Part shown: positions 22,083-35,705 of the stretch, piece by piece
Numbering within the stretch: position 1 is the first letter of the stretch
Layout of the letters: the number at the start of each line of letters is the position of its first letter
Origin: Escherichia coli
Lineage (GTDB): Bacteria > Pseudomonadota > Gammaproteobacteria > Enterobacterales > Enterobacteriaceae
Strand: one strand, 5' to 3'
DNA: 64,000 bases
NCBI RefSeq assembly: GCF_051903065.1
Contig: NZ_CP178438.1
Made by a program: the position numbers and the translations under genes
Notes under the pieces: model-generated
The model's database searches: none
What the model was told of the DNA's origin: nothing
What the model saw: the letters and a program-made list of their open reading frames with translations, nothing else

Positions 22083-23161
22083 TATTTCCTCCGGGAAATA
22101 GCAGAAATAATTATATTATGTAATCTATCGTAATACTTCAATTGATAAAACTTATCGATCGACGCAGGAATTTTTTCATGTTCGATATGAATTTCACCTG
22201 CTATATATTTATTTAGAAGAGTTACAAAACCAGCAATATCTCCCGGTTGATACAGATGGCCATTGACATCAGATTGAATAATGTCAGCAGGCCCGGAGAC
22301 ACAATCGGCACTAATACAAGGAATCCCCCATGATAAGGCTTCAAGCAGGGTCATTGGGAAACCTTCAAAAGATGACGTGAGCAGTAACGCACTCACTTTT
22401 TTAATATCTTGCTGGACCAATTCCCAGGGATGTTGTTGCCAACCATACCAGTCAATTCGATTATCAATATTTAGTTCTCTACTATAAGCCTGGCATTTTT
22501 CGAAATCGGAACCATCACCCAATACATGGAGTTTCCAGTTACCTTGCGCTTGTGATAAGCCATCAAACAGGTCTTTAACCCTCTTCTGGCCTTCAAATTT
22601 CATACGCCCAACATAAATGAATGTTGCCGTTTCGCCTTCCCCGGGTGCAGGAATGACTGAATTTTTCGCCTCGACGGGATTAAAAATAACGTTTATTGTC
22701 GATTCTGGTACACCCCGGCTAATCATTTGCCGTTTAATACCAGAGCTGATGGCTAAATGATAGTCGGCACAGGTGATATATTCAGCATGTTTTTTATGAT
22801 CTAAAGAAAAATGCGGCCATGAAAATACAGGTACATCAATCCCCGATTTTTTACGAGCTTTGGACGCATACAAACACGAGATCACGTCAATACAAATAAC
22901 AACATCTGGCTGATAATCCTGAAGCCATTTGCTTAAAGCATGAATATGTTTCGCGCGACGCAAAAAACCTAAGCGAATATTGGAAAATGAACAAGAGTAC
23001 TTAATATCTTCCAGCCACCCCTTATCCATTTTGTCATTACGACAAAAGAAAAACATTTCACTTTGGATATGTTGTTGCCTGAAGGTAGTAATAACATCAC
23101 GAATGACTGTTTCCATGCCGCCAAAACCAGAAACAGCTTCGCCAATAAAGGCTATTTTCAT
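22082..23161 (-). CDS. waaB: GT4-family LPS 1,6-galactosyltransferase
   Basis: 359-aa ORF MKIAFIGEAVSGFGGMETV... with C-terminal GT4 motif SSFEGFPMTLLEALSWGIPCIS. Confidence 0.85.
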   Translation of the reverse strand: MKIAFIGEAVSGFGGMETVIRDVITTFRQQHIQSEMFFFCRNDKMDKGWLEDIKYSCSFSNIRLGFLRRAKHIHALSKWLQDYQPDVVICIDVISCLYASKARKKSGIDVPVFSWPHFSLDHKKHAEYITCADYHLAISSGIKRQMISRGVPESTINVIFNPVEAKNSVIPAPGEGETATFIYVGRMKFEGQKRVKDLFDGLSQAQGNWKLHVLGDGSDFEKCQAYSRELNIDNRIDWYGWQQHPWELVQQDIKKVSALLLTSSFEGFPMTLLEALSWGIPCISADCVSGPADIIQSDVNGHLYQPGDIAGFVTLLNKYIAGEIHIEHEKIPASIDKFYQLKYYDRLHNIIISAISRRK

Positions 23162-23174
23162 AATTACATTCCAG

Positions 23175-24155
23175 CTAAATATTTAAGCAAAACAATTTAA
23201 CAAGTAAATACTTATAATAATAAGAAATGGCTTTCCAATATTTTCCTTCTAACCAAAAAACTTTAGACTTTAACCTAATCTCACTTGATGATGGAGCTAG
23301 TTTTCTTTTATAGTTCTTCCATGGGGAATTTGAAAAATAATGATCAAAATTTTGCGCTCTAAATATTTTGTACCATGGTTTATTCGGAGTTACATAATGC
23401 ATTATAATTGTGTTTGGCAAGTTTTTTTGCTCTTCATCACATCGTACTGACAATGTTGTCTTATTATTGTACTTGTTATTAAGGTAATGTACTCGTCCAT
23501 TAAGTAAAATATTAAGCACATCCTGATCTGCATATCTATATACTTTCCCACTGTTGATCATCTCTAAAGCTTTTTGTGTTATATTATGTTTTTTCCATGC
23601 GCTGGTATTAATAAGCATAACCCCGGCATTAAAATAATCCACAAACTCAATGCCATAATCTAATTTTTTTACACGTTCTTGCATTTCTGGTGAGTCTGGA
23701 ATTACACATGCAATATTAGCATTTAAATTATAATCAACCAGTTCATCTAAATGGCTATTACATATGACATCACAGTCAAGATAAAGTATATTATTTATTT
23801 TATCATCAATAACTTCTGGGATTAAGAAACGTAAACATGTTGATAAAGGAATACCAAGAACTAATGTATCCGGATTAATGTCAAATTTATCAGTTATATA
23901 ATATACAGATATTGATGTATGAGGACCTTCTAGCTCGTAAAAAGCTGAACACTCTTTTTCTTCTATGCCTGATATAAGAAGGTGAAAATGAAGGTTAATA
24001 TGACTATTGTTGGATATAATTGAATATAATGCAACGCCTGCTGGCATTATGAATTCATAATCAAAGCATAGTGCAATATGTAAATGTTTAACATATGACA
24101 GTTCGTTTTGGAATAAATCTTGCCTCTTAGCAACGAAATTTCTATATTTCAACAA
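23175..24155 (-). CDS. GT8-like glycosyltransferase occupying the waaS position (very AT-rich)
   Basis: 326-aa ORF with GT8 motifs (YLDCDVICN, FNAGVMLINTSAW, DQDVLNILL, HYVTPNKPW), between waaP and waaB. I cannot confirm from memory whether it is orthologous to K-12 WaaS. Confidence 0.6.
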   Translation of the reverse strand: MLKYRNFVAKRQDLFQNELSYVKHLHIALCFDYEFIMPAGVALYSIISNNSHINLHFHLLISGIEEKECSAFYELEGPHTSISVYYITDKFDINPDTLVLGIPLSTCLRFLIPEVIDDKINNILYLDCDVICNSHLDELVDYNLNANIACVIPDSPEMQERVKKLDYGIEFVDYFNAGVMLINTSAWKKHNITQKALEMINSGKVYRYADQDVLNILLNGRVHYLNNKYNNKTTLSVRCDEEQKNLPNTIIMHYVTPNKPWYKIFRAQNFDHYFSNSPWKNYKRKLAPSSSEIRLKSKVFWLEGKYWKAISYYYKYLLVKLFCLNI

Positions 24156-24187
24156 TTTTAGAATCCCTTACTGTAATAAAATATTAT

Positions 24188-24985
24188 TTACAAGTTTTTT
24201 CTTATTGTTCTTTCTTCTATTTTTTTTGCTTTAATTTTTGCCTTTTTAAGTAAATCAGTCTCAAGTTTAAAAATATCGCGTAAAGGCATCCCAAAATAAA
24301 CCTTCATAAATCGCCAGATATCTCTCTGCGTCAGACCAATATTCATTGATGAGAAATACAAACCAATCAAATCTTTATCGCGCCAACGACGTGGAACGCG
24401 CGTGCGAAGCTGCGCCCGGTGCAGGTCAATTACCGAAATTTTTAACTCCTCTTCCTTACCGGAAAAAGGCAAGTGCAGCAGGAAATGACAGATATAACAG
24501 TCACGGTGGTTAATGCCCGCAGCATGCATATCGCGCACCATCGTCGCGACACGCTTAATAAGCATACGCTTTACGCGAACATCTGGTGGGTTGGTCGCCC
24601 AGTCAGCACAGTAATCTTCCAGACTGATGGTTGGTGTCAGATCTTCGGTAATAATAAATGAAGTTCTGGTCAGCGGATTCATGCCTTTTTCGCCAAATGC
24701 CACCCCATACATAGTATCAACGCCGACATCCCGCAGTCGATGAATCGCATTCCATTCGCGGTCTGCGCCTAATACTGGCATCCGCAATGAGAGTAAATTT
24801 TTGATTATCTCTTTCAGAGTCGTGCCGCGATGCCATTTGAGAAAATAGCTTTTGCCCGCCATTTCAAAGCGCAGAGTACGGCGAGTTTCCAGTTCACGAA
24901 ATACCTCACCCTGCAAGGTTTTAACTTCCTCAAAAGGATCTTTACCGCGCCATAACGTGGCAAACGGCTCTTTAAGTTCAACCAT
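24188..24985 (-). CDS. waaP: LPS core heptose(I) kinase
   Basis: Likely start [21 protein letters not shown]...; kinase-like fold; conserved position. Confidence 0.9.
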   Translation of the reverse strand: MVELKEPFATLWRGKDPFEEVKTLQGEVFRELETRRTLRFEMAGKSYFLKWHRGTTLKEIIKNLLSLRMPVLGADREWNAIHRLRDVGVDTMYGVAFGEKGMNPLTRTSFIITEDLTPTISLEDYCADWATNPPDVRVKRMLIKRVATMVRDMHAAGINHRDCYICHFLLHLPFSGKEEELKISVIDLHRAQLRTRVPRRWRDKDLIGLYFSSMNIGLTQRDIWRFMKVYFGMPLRDIFKLETDLLKKAKIKAKKIEERTIRKNL

Positions 24986-26102
24986 CCAGACCACCCGTTA
25001 TGATATCCGCCGCTTTCTCTGGCAGACTGTATAAATCTTGTGTATCAGCATAATGTCGCGCATTTTCCGCCCAGGCCTGGCGCAATGAAGATTGCGTTAA
25101 CGCTTTGCGTAAAATCTCATTCAATGTTTCCTGGCGGAATGGCTCAGCAATAGCCTCGCCGCAATTGGCGTCGACAATATAATGCGCATAGCCGCAAACG
25201 GCAGTTGTTAGTACCGGTAATCCTGCAGTAATCGCTTCCAGCAGCACAATTCCCGCCGCTTCCTGGTAGGCAGGATGCAGTAATAAATCCGCCGCCGCCA
25301 TTAATTCCGAGACATCGTTGCGCCCCGAGAAGAAGTGAACATTACTGCGCACGCCGCGTTTTTCTGCCAGTGCCTCAAATTTTCGCGGTTTATCCTGCCC
25401 AACAACATATAGCAATGTGTTGTGGCGCAGCGAATCCGGTAACGAAGCAAGTGCTTCAATGGAACGATCGACACCTTTACGCGTGAAGTCTGAACCGACC
25501 TGCAACAATAAATATTGTTGTTCGGTTATTCCATTCTTCTTACGGAAGATTTCACGGCTATTGGCTGGCTGCTGGCTATATTTACGATCAGGATAAATCC
25601 CCGGTGGCAGAATATGAAAACGCTCCACTTCAGTCTGATAATGTTTCTGGAAATCGGCGATTTGCTTATCTGTCAGCATCAGCAGCTGTGTCGGCTTGCC
25701 CTGTTCGAAGGTTGCCCGCTCAAAGGCGGCATAATGGCGATAACGTGACGTCAGGCGATAGAAAAAGCCTTTTTCCTGCGCTACTTTCTCGGCATAACAA
25801 ACATCAGCGGCATAATAAACGTCCAGCCCCGGCATTTTATTAAATCCAACGACTTTATCGACGGGATGTTCGCGTAAATGTTTTTGCACCCAGGCAAAAT
25901 ACTCCGCATTGCGCCCGTGATTGGTATGCGATTTAACCGGCACTTTGATCAGTTCAAATACATCAGGGCATTCGCCTTCCCACGACTGGGCATAAACCCG
26001 AACATGATGACCTCGGGCGGCGACTGTCTGAGCAATACGCATAAAATCGCGCTGCAAACCGCCAAAGGGAAAATATTTATATAAACAAAAAGCAACGATC
26101 AT
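24978..26102 (-). CDS. waaG: LPS glucosyltransferase I (GT4)
   Basis: 374-aa [40 protein letters not shown]...; GT4. Confidence 0.93.
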   Translation of the reverse strand: MIVAFCLYKYFPFGGLQRDFMRIAQTVAARGHHVRVYAQSWEGECPDVFELIKVPVKSHTNHGRNAEYFAWVQKHLREHPVDKVVGFNKMPGLDVYYAADVCYAEKVAQEKGFFYRLTSRYRHYAAFERATFEQGKPTQLLMLTDKQIADFQKHYQTEVERFHILPPGIYPDRKYSQQPANSREIFRKKNGITEQQYLLLQVGSDFTRKGVDRSIEALASLPDSLRHNTLLYVVGQDKPRKFEALAEKRGVRSNVHFFSGRNDVSELMAAADLLLHPAYQEAAGIVLLEAITAGLPVLTTAVCGYAHYIVDANCGEAIAEPFRQETLNEILRKALTQSSLRQAWAENARHYADTQDLYSLPEKAADIITGGLDG

Positions 26103-27157
26103 AACGACGTACCTGTCGTGGAGGAGGGCAGTAATTTATCGACAGCAGCAATGACATCTGCCGCCGGAATAACCGAAAGATACATCTCATTTCGGTCACG
26201 CTGATCGCGCGTTGGCATTTCCCGGTAATCTCCCGCCCAGAATTGAATCATGTTATTTGACCAGGGACGCCAGAAAATATGATCTGTTGCGCCAAACAGC
26301 GATATCAGCGGCGTATTAACTGCAGCGGCAATATGCGCCGGTGCGGAATCAACGCCAATAAACAGCTGCGCATGATCGATTAACGCACCAAGTTCCGGGA
26401 AGGTCACCTTTCCAGCCAGCGCCGTTACTGGTGGCGTCTGGCATCCCTGCGCAATTTCATTGACGCAGGCCAGATCGTCTTTATCTGGGCCGGACGTCAG
26501 AACGACTTCATAACCACGAGCATGTAAGGCATCAATCACAGCGGAAAACTTGGCGTTGTCCCAGCATTTGAAGATTTGCCGCGCCGTAGGTTGGATAACC
26601 ACATAATTTTGTCCAACACCAGCGTGATCAAGTTCGCGACGCATACGTTTCCAGCTTGCAGGCGGGTAACTCATGGTTGTCTGCTTCACCAACGAATCAA
26701 GTCCCAATGGCGTCAGCACGGATAAGTTACTTTCCACCACATTTCCACCCTGCAACGGCACCAAATGGGTGAAACTATTACGCCAAAAAGCAGACTGCCG
26801 ATGATGATAATCCTGGGAAATTTTCACACGGGCATTTAATAAGCGAACCAGTATAGCAACCATCCATTGATCGGTAAGATTGACGATAAGGTCATACTTA
26901 TTGGCACGTAATACCTTGATGAGATGAAAAAAGTTGGCAATTTTTTCTGAGGCTTTTGCTTTTTTATTTTTTATGCCGTAGAGCGCGTTAATCTCTGGAT
27001 TTTCAGACAGGATCGGGATGGTGTCCTGATAAAGCAGCACATCGATTTTTGCGTCAGGGTAATTTTTTTTCAGCGAACTAATGACGGGAGTAGTTAATAA
27101 CATATCCCCATGAAAACGCATCTTAATGAGCAAAATTCTTCGAAATGGCTTATCCAC
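26099..27157 (-). CDS. waaQ: LPS heptosyltransferase III (GT9)
   Basis: 352-aa ORF MDKPFRRILLIKMRFHGDMLLTTPVISSLKKNYPDAKIDVL...; GT9; first gene of the long core operon. Confidence 0.9.
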   Translation of the reverse strand: MDKPFRRILLIKMRFHGDMLLTTPVISSLKKNYPDAKIDVLLYQDTIPILSENPEINALYGIKNKKAKASEKIANFFHLIKVLRANKYDLIVNLTDQWMVAILVRLLNARVKISQDYHHRQSAFWRNSFTHLVPLQGGNVVESNLSVLTPLGLDSLVKQTTMSYPPASWKRMRRELDHAGVGQNYVVIQPTARQIFKCWDNAKFSAVIDALHARGYEVVLTSGPDKDDLACVNEIAQGCQTPPVTALAGKVTFPELGALIDHAQLFIGVDSAPAHIAAAVNTPLISLFGATDHIFWRPWSNNMIQFWAGDYREMPTRDQRDRNEMYLSVIPAADVIAAVDKLLPSSTTGTSL

Positions 27158-27206
27158 AAGTAACTCTTTTTGTTGAGATTATCCGATTAAGGTGAAGCAG
27201 AAAAAG

Positions 27207-27245
27207 CACGCTACCGCCCCAGGCTCAACAGCTACCTGAATACTG
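27207..27245 (-). promoter_or_regulatory. JUMPstart element with ops site (GGCGGTAGCGTG) in the waaQ operon leader (RfaH-dependent antitermination)
   Basis: Minus strand reads cagtattcaggtagctgttgagcctggggcggtagcgtg; the 12-nt ops consensus is exact at 27207-27218 (forward cacgctaccgcc). Confidence 0.85.
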
Positions 27246-27569
27246 ATACCGCACTGATATTGACGCGCTAGTGTATCACTTCTTTCGCGGCAATCCGACC
27301 CGAATGATTTTTAAGCACATTGTTGATTTTCAATAAAGAAATCAATCAAATAAAATCATTAGCAACCATATTCTTTCACTGTTGCTCTGCGATTCCTTCC
27401 TGCACGTACAGCAGAAATCAATGAATCGCATAAAAATACAAAAAAAGTATAGATGTTCAGCAAGAATTGGCGGGTAAATTGCTATTTAAGTCAAAAACGG
27501 GAAAAGTAATGGTAATGCCACAGCTAAATACATAGAATCCCCAGCACATCCATAAGTCAGCTATTTACT

Positions 27570-29334
<1,765 letters not shown>

Positions 29335-29341
29335 CGTTTAT

Positions 29342-29363
29342 GCCGGATGGTATGCCATCCGGC
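29342..29363. terminator. Hairpin between convergent coaD and mutM
   Basis: gccggatgg-tat-gccatccggc perfect stem. Confidence 0.6.
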
Positions 29364-29372
29364 GCGCATGAA

Positions 29373-30182
29373 TTACTTCTGGCACTGCCGACAATAAAAC
29401 GTTGCCCGCTGCGCATGTTTAGTCGCCACAATCGGCGTACCGCACACCCGACAGGGCTCGCCTTTTCGCCCGTAAACCTGCAATTCCTGCGCGAAATAGC
29501 CCGGTTTACCATCACTTTGCAGAAAATCTTTCAGCGTTGTACCACCCTGCTCAATCGAACGCAGCAACACCGCTTTAATCACCCGAGCCAGCAATTCACA
29601 CTCTGCCAGCGACAGTGATGACGCCAGCCGATCCGGATGGATCCCCGCCGCAAACAGTGATTCGCTGGCATAGATATTCCCTACGCCTACCACCAGCTTG
29701 TTATCCATCAGCCACGGTTTGATCGCCGTTTTTTTCTTCGCGCACTTCTGATGCAGGTACTCACCGTTGAAATCGTCGCTAAGCGGCTCCGGTCCAAGAT
29801 GGGCCAGCACATTATGCCCTTCCAGCTCTTTGGTCCACAGCCAGGCACCAAAGCGGCGCGGATCGGTGTAGCGCAGCACTTTACCGTTGCTCATCACCAA
29901 ATCCACATGGTCATGCTTTTCAGGGGGAAGTTCTTCTGGAAGGATGCGCAGGCTGCCAGACATCCCCAAATGAATGATAATCCAGCCCTCAGGCAGCTCC
30001 AGCAGCAGATATTTAGCCCGCCGCTGCACGCTAAGCACTGGTTGGTCGCTTAAACGGTAGATCTCTTCTGAAACCGGCCAGCGCAAGCGTCCGTTGCGCA
30101 CCACCGCATGAAGAATGGTTGCACCAACGAGATGCGGTTCTATGCCGCGGCGGCTGGTTTCAACTTCGGGTAATTCAGGCAT
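29373..30182 (-). CDS. mutM: Formamidopyrimidine-DNA glycosylase
   Basis: Start [20 protein letters not shown] (N-terminal Pro catalytic residue after Met); C-terminal zinc finger [26 protein letters not shown]. Confidence 0.93.
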
Positions 30183-30279
30183 AGCATCTCCAGGAATGAA
30201 CAGATGCAATCAATATGGGGGTAAGCAGATAACAAAAAACCCCGCCGGAGCGAGGTTTTTCGTTACATCAAAGCGAGAA

Positions 30280-30450
<171 letters not shown>

Positions 30451-30467
30451 TTATTTCCTCTAAGTAC

Positions 30468-30725
<258 letters not shown>

Positions 30726-30920
30726 TTAGCTCGAGCTTCGTATGGGGTATTGGCGCCTCGTCAGGCTTTACAGCCCGGTCATCGCAGTTCTATGTGAACT
30801 CTCGATTGCCAGGCCCAAATGCCAAACCCGAGATTCTCAAAGGTGGCGTAGTATACGCTGACTCAGCGATGTGCTCAAGTCCCGAACAGACAAAGATCCC
30901 GAAGGATCGCGCATAGCGGG

Positions 30921-31595
30921 TTAAATCCAGCCGCGTTCGGCAAAAGAAACATACTCTCCACGCCCAATCACGATATGGTCGAGCACGCGTAAATCCATGA
31001 ACTGACAACTCTTTATTATCCGTTCAGTAATGAGTTTATCCGCTTTACTGGGTTCAGCACAACCCGAAGGGTGATTATGTGCAAGGATCAGCGCCGAGGC
31101 GTTTATTTTTATCGCTTCGCGGATAATTTCCCGAGGATGGACTTCAACATGGTTTAGCGTGCCGGAAAAAAGACGGCTATGCGTTATAACCCGGTGTTGG
31201 GAGTCGAGAAAGATCACCATAAAGATCTCCCGCTCCTCACCCGTGAGCTGGCTTTGTAAAAATTCCCGCGTCATCTCCGGGCTGAGTAAAGGGCTTTCTT
31301 CACGCATCCGCACGTTGTAGTAACGCCGCGCCAGTTCAGCAATCCCCTTTAACTGGGCAAATTTCGCTACGCCAATTCCATGAACACCACTAAATTGTTC
31401 ATATTCAGAGGTTAACAAGCCATAAAGAGAGCCGAAATTCTCCAGCATCTCTTTTGCCAGGGTTAATACATCTTTACCGCGCGTTCCGGTACGCAGAAAT
31501 AGCGCCAGCAGCTCGACATCCGTTAAGGCGCTAATACCAAACTTCAGCATTTTTTCGCGCGGCATCAACAGCTGTGCATTGTTTTTCACCTTCAC
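30921..31595 (-). CDS. yicR: RadC-like JAB-domain protein (UPF0758)
   Basis: 224-aa ORF with C-terminal JAMM-like motif HNHPSG...; conserved position upstream of rpmBG. Confidence 0.85.
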
Positions 31596-31760
31596 CTCCT
31601 TTGTGGTGCTCGCATCCTGTCATAGCCGTTCCGTTAAATCGACGGCCAGTTTTCAATCCTGGAAAGTGCCTCGCAAAGTGAATCTCAGGTGAAGGCACGA
31701 CAACAAAAGTATTGTGATAAAATCGCCAACTTCTGGTGTCACCCAACAGGAAAAATCATC

Positions 31761-32981
31761 ATGAGCCTGGCCGGTAAAAAAATCGTTCTCGGCGTTAGCG
31801 GCGGTATTGCTGCCTATAAAACCCCTGAACTGGTGCGTCGTTTGCGCGATCGCGGGGCCGACGTCCGCGTAGCCATGACCGAAGCGGCAAAAGCCTTTAT
31901 CACCCCACTTAGCTTGCAGGCGGTTTCTGGTTATCCCGTTTCCGACAGTCTGCTGGACCCGGCAGCCGAAGCCGCTATGGGCCATATTGAGCTGGGTAAA
32001 TGGGCTGATTTAGTGATTCTCGCCCCTGCCACGGCAGATTTGATTGCCCGTGTTGCTGCCGGAATGGCAAATGATCTGGTATCGACGATTTGTCTGGCTA
32101 CACCTGCGCCTGTAGCCGTGCTCCCCGCCATGAACCAGCAGATGTACCGTGCCGCTGCCACGCAGCATAATTTAGAGGTGCTTGCTTCCCGTGGTTTGCT
32201 CATCTGGGGGCCAGACAGTGGCAGTCAGGCTTGTGGTGATATCGGTCCTGGGCGAATGCTCGATCCGTTAACCATTGTGGATATGGCAGTAGCGCATTTT
32301 TCGCCCGTCAACGACCTGAAACATCTGAACATTATGATTACCGCCGGCCCGACGCGTGAACCGCTCGATCCCGTGCGTTATATCTCTAATCACAGCTCCG
32401 GCAAGATGGGTTTTGCTATCGCCGCCGCCGCTGCCCGTCGTGGCGCGAACGTCACGCTGGTATCAGGTCCGGTTTCACTACCGACGCCACCGTTTGTTAA
32501 ACGTGTTGATGTGATGACCGCGCTGGAAATGGAAGCCGCCGTGAATGCTTCTGTACAGCAGCAAAATATTTTTATCGGTTGCGCCGCCGTGGCGGATTAT
32601 CGCGCAGCTACCGTGGCCCCAGAAAAAATCAAAAAGCAGGCCACGCAGGGTGATGAATTAACAATAAAAATGGTTAAAAACCCCGATATCGTCGCAGGCG
32701 TTGCCGCACTAAAAGACCATCGACCCTACGTCGTTGGATTTGCCGCCGAAACAAATAATGTGGAAGAATACGCCCGGCAAAAACGTATCCGTAAAAACCT
32801 TGATCTGATCTGCGCGAACGATGTTTCCCAGCCAACTCAAGGATTTAACAGCGACAACAACGCATTACACCTTTTCTGGCAGGACGGAGATAAAGTCTTA
32901 CCGCTTGAGCGCAAAGAGCTCCTTGGCCAATTATTACTCGACGAGATCGTGACCCGTTATGATGAAAAAAATCGACGTTAA
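31761..32981 (+). CDS. coaBC: Bifunctional phosphopantothenoylcysteine decarboxylase / phosphopantothenate-cysteine ligase
   Basis: Start [28 protein letters not shown] (flavoprotein domain); 406 aa; the upstream extension is rejected. Confidence 0.92.
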
Positions 32982-33417
32982 GATTCTGGACCCGCGCGTT
33001 GGGAAGGAATTTCCGCTCCCGACTTATGCCACCTCTGGCTCTGCCGGACTTGACCTGCGTGCCTGTCTCGACGACGCCGTAGAACTGGCTCCGGGTGACA
33101 CTACGCTGGTTCCGACCGGGCTGGCGATTCATATTGCCGATCCTTCACTGGCGGCAATGATGCTGCCGCGCTCCGGATTGGGACATAAGCACGGTATCGT
33201 GCTTGGTAACCTGGTAGGATTGATCGATTCCGACTATCAGGGCCAGTTGATGATTTCCGTGTGGAACCGTGGTCAGGACAGCTTCACCATTCAACCTGGC
33301 GAACGCATCGCCCAGATGATTTTTGTTCCGGTAGTACAGGCTGAATTTAATCTGGTGGAAGATTTCGACGCCACCGACCGCGGTGAAGGCGGCTTTGGTC
33401 ACTCTGGTCGTCAGTAA
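32959..33417 (+). CDS. dut: dUTP diphosphatase
   Basis: [36 protein letters not shown]...; start may be the second ATG at 32962. Confidence 0.93.
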
Positions 33418-33523
33418 CACATACGCATCCGAATAACGTCATAACATAGCCGCAAACATTTCGTTTGCGGTCATAGCGTGGGTGCCGCCTGGCAAGTGCT
33501 TATTTTCAGGGGTATTTTGTAAC

Positions 33524-34120
33524 ATGGCAGAAAAACAAACTGCGAAAAGGAACCGTCGCGAGGAAATACTTCAGTCTCTGGCGCTGATGCTGGAATCCAG
33601 CGATGGAAGCCAACGTATCACGACGGCAAAACTGGCCGCCTCTGTCGGCGTTTCCGAAGCGGCACTGTATCGCCACTTCCCCAGTAAGACCCGCATGTTC
33701 GATAGCCTGATTGAGTTTATCGAAGATAGCCTGATTACTCGCATCAATCTGATTCTGAAAGATGAGAAAGACACCACAGCGCGCCTGCGTCTGATTGTGT
33801 TGCTGCTTCTCGGTTTTGGTGAGCGTAATCCTGGCCTGACCCGCATCCTCACTGGTCATGCGCTAATGTTTGAACAGGATCGCCTGCAAGGGCGCATCAA
33901 CCAGCTGTTCGAGCGTATTGAAGCGCAGCTGCGCCAGGTATTGCGTGAAAAGAGAATGCGTGAGGGTGAAGGTTACACCACCGATGAAACCCTGCTGGCA
34001 AGCCAGATCCTGGCCTTCTGTGAAGGTATGCTGTCACGTTTTGTCCGCAGCGAATTTAAATACCGCCCGACGGATGATTTTGACGCCCGCTGGCCGCTAA
34101 TTGCCGCGCAGTTGCAGTAA
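33524..34120 (+). CDS. slmA: Nucleoid occlusion factor SlmA (TetR family)
   Basis: Start [52 protein letters not shown] (TetR helix-turn-helix); 198 aa. Confidence 0.92.
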
Positions 34121-34122
34121 TA

Positions 34123-34146
34123 TGACGCCGGATGAATTTTCATCCG
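34123..34146. terminator. Bidirectional terminator between convergent slmA and pyrE
   Basis: gccggatgaa-ttt-tcatccggc hairpin followed by gagtttcttt. Confidence 0.7.
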
Positions 34147-34156
34147 GCGAGTTTCT

Positions 34157-34798
34157 TTAAACGCCAAACTCTTCGCGATAGGCCTTAACCGCCGCCAGAT
34201 GTTCCGCCATTTCCGGCTTCTCTTCCAGGTAAGCAATCAGATCTTTCAGGGTGATGATAGAGATCACTTTGCAGTTGTAATCACGCTCAACTTCCTGAAT
34301 CGCCGAAATCTCGCCGCGCCCCCGTTCCTGACGATCGAGCGAAATCAACACGCCAGCAAGCGTCGCGCCATTGGCCTGAATAATTTCCATCGACTCACGA
34401 ATCGCCGTTCCGGCGGTGATCACATCATCTACCAGCATTACGCGTCCTTGTAACGCGCTACCAACCAGATTGCCGCCTTCACCGTGGTCTTTTGCCTCTT
34501 TGCGGTTAAAGCAGTACGGCAGGTCCAGGTCATGATGCTCCGCCAACGCCACGGCGGTTGTGGTGGCAATCGGGATCCCTTTGTAAGCAGGGCCAAACAG
34601 CAGATCGAACTCAATGCCGGAGTCCACCAATGCTTCAGCGTAAAAACGGCCTAACAGTGCCAGGTCGCGCCCGGTATTAAACAGCCCGGCGTTGAAGAAA
34701 TAGGGGCTTTTACGCCCGGATTTCAGCGTAAACTCGCCAAACTTTAACACCTGCTTGCTAAGCGCAAATTCAATAAACTGGCGCTGATATGGTTTCAT
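34157..34798 (-). CDS. pyrE: Orotate phosphoribosyltransferase
   Basis: Start [38 protein letters not shown]; 213 aa. Confidence 0.93.
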
Positions 34799-34862
34799 GC
34801 CTTCGCTCCTCATCTTACTTTTCTACAGACAAAAAAAAGCGACTCATCAGTCGCCTTAAAAA

Positions 34863-35579
34863 TCAGTTTGCCAGCGCCGCCTTCTGCGTCGCTACAATGG
34901 ATTCGATTCCCCCTCGGGCCAGCGCCAACAAGGTGAGTAGCTCTTCATGGGTGAACGGCTCGCCTTCTGCCGTCCCCTGCACTTCAATGATGCGCCCGTC
35001 TTCGGTCATCACTACGTTCATGTCGGTCTCTGCGGCAGAGTCTTCAACGTATTCCAGATCGCAAACCGCTTCGCCGTTCACAATCCCGACAGAAACCGCG
35101 GCTACCATCCCTTTCATCGGGTTGGTTTTCAGCTTGCCGTTTTCCACCAGCTTCTGTAGCGCATCTGCCAGCGCCACACAGGCACCCGTAATCGAAGCGG
35201 TACGCGTGCCACCATCAGCCTGAAGCACGTCGCAGTCCAGCGTAATGGTGAACTCACCCAGCGCTTTCAAATCTACTGCCGCGCGAAGCGCACGGGCGAT
35301 CAGACGCTGGATTTCCATTGTGCGTCCACCCTGCTTACCTTTCGCCGCTTCACGAGCGTTACGGGTGTGGGTAGAACGTGGCAGCATGCCGTACTCTGCG
35401 GTGATCCAGCCCTGGCCCTGACCTTTCAGGAAGCGCGGCACGCCTTCTTCAATAGAGGCGGTACACAACACTTTGGTATCGCCAAATTCGACCAGCACCG
35501 AGCCTTCTGCATGTTTTGTATAGTTACGAGTCAGGGTAACGGGACGCACCTGATTATTGCTACGGCCTGCTGGACGCAT
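34863..35579 (-). CDS. rph: Ribonuclease PH (apparently full length)
   Basis: Start [39 protein letters not shown]; 238 aa, ending ...ATQKAALAN. Confidence 0.9.
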   Translation of the reverse strand: MRPAGRSNNQVRPVTLTRNYTKHAEGSVLVEFGDTKVLCTASIEEGVPRFLKGQGQGWITAEYGMLPRSTHTRNAREAAKGKQGGRTMEIQRLIARALRAAVDLKALGEFTITLDCDVLQADGGTRTASITGACVALADALQKLVENGKLKTNPMKGMVAAVSVGIVNGEAVCDLEYVEDSAAETDMNVVMTEDGRIIEVQGTAEGEPFTHEELLTLLALARGGIESIVATQKAALAN

Positions 35580-35705
35580 ATTGAAATCTCCGGCTTGAAA
35601 CAAATGTGGCTGCGCATTATACGGACTTCCGGCGGTTATTCCTATCCTGACAAGGCATCGATGGCTATAATCCTTCCACCTCTCCTTTTATAAACAGGAA
35701 CGTCT

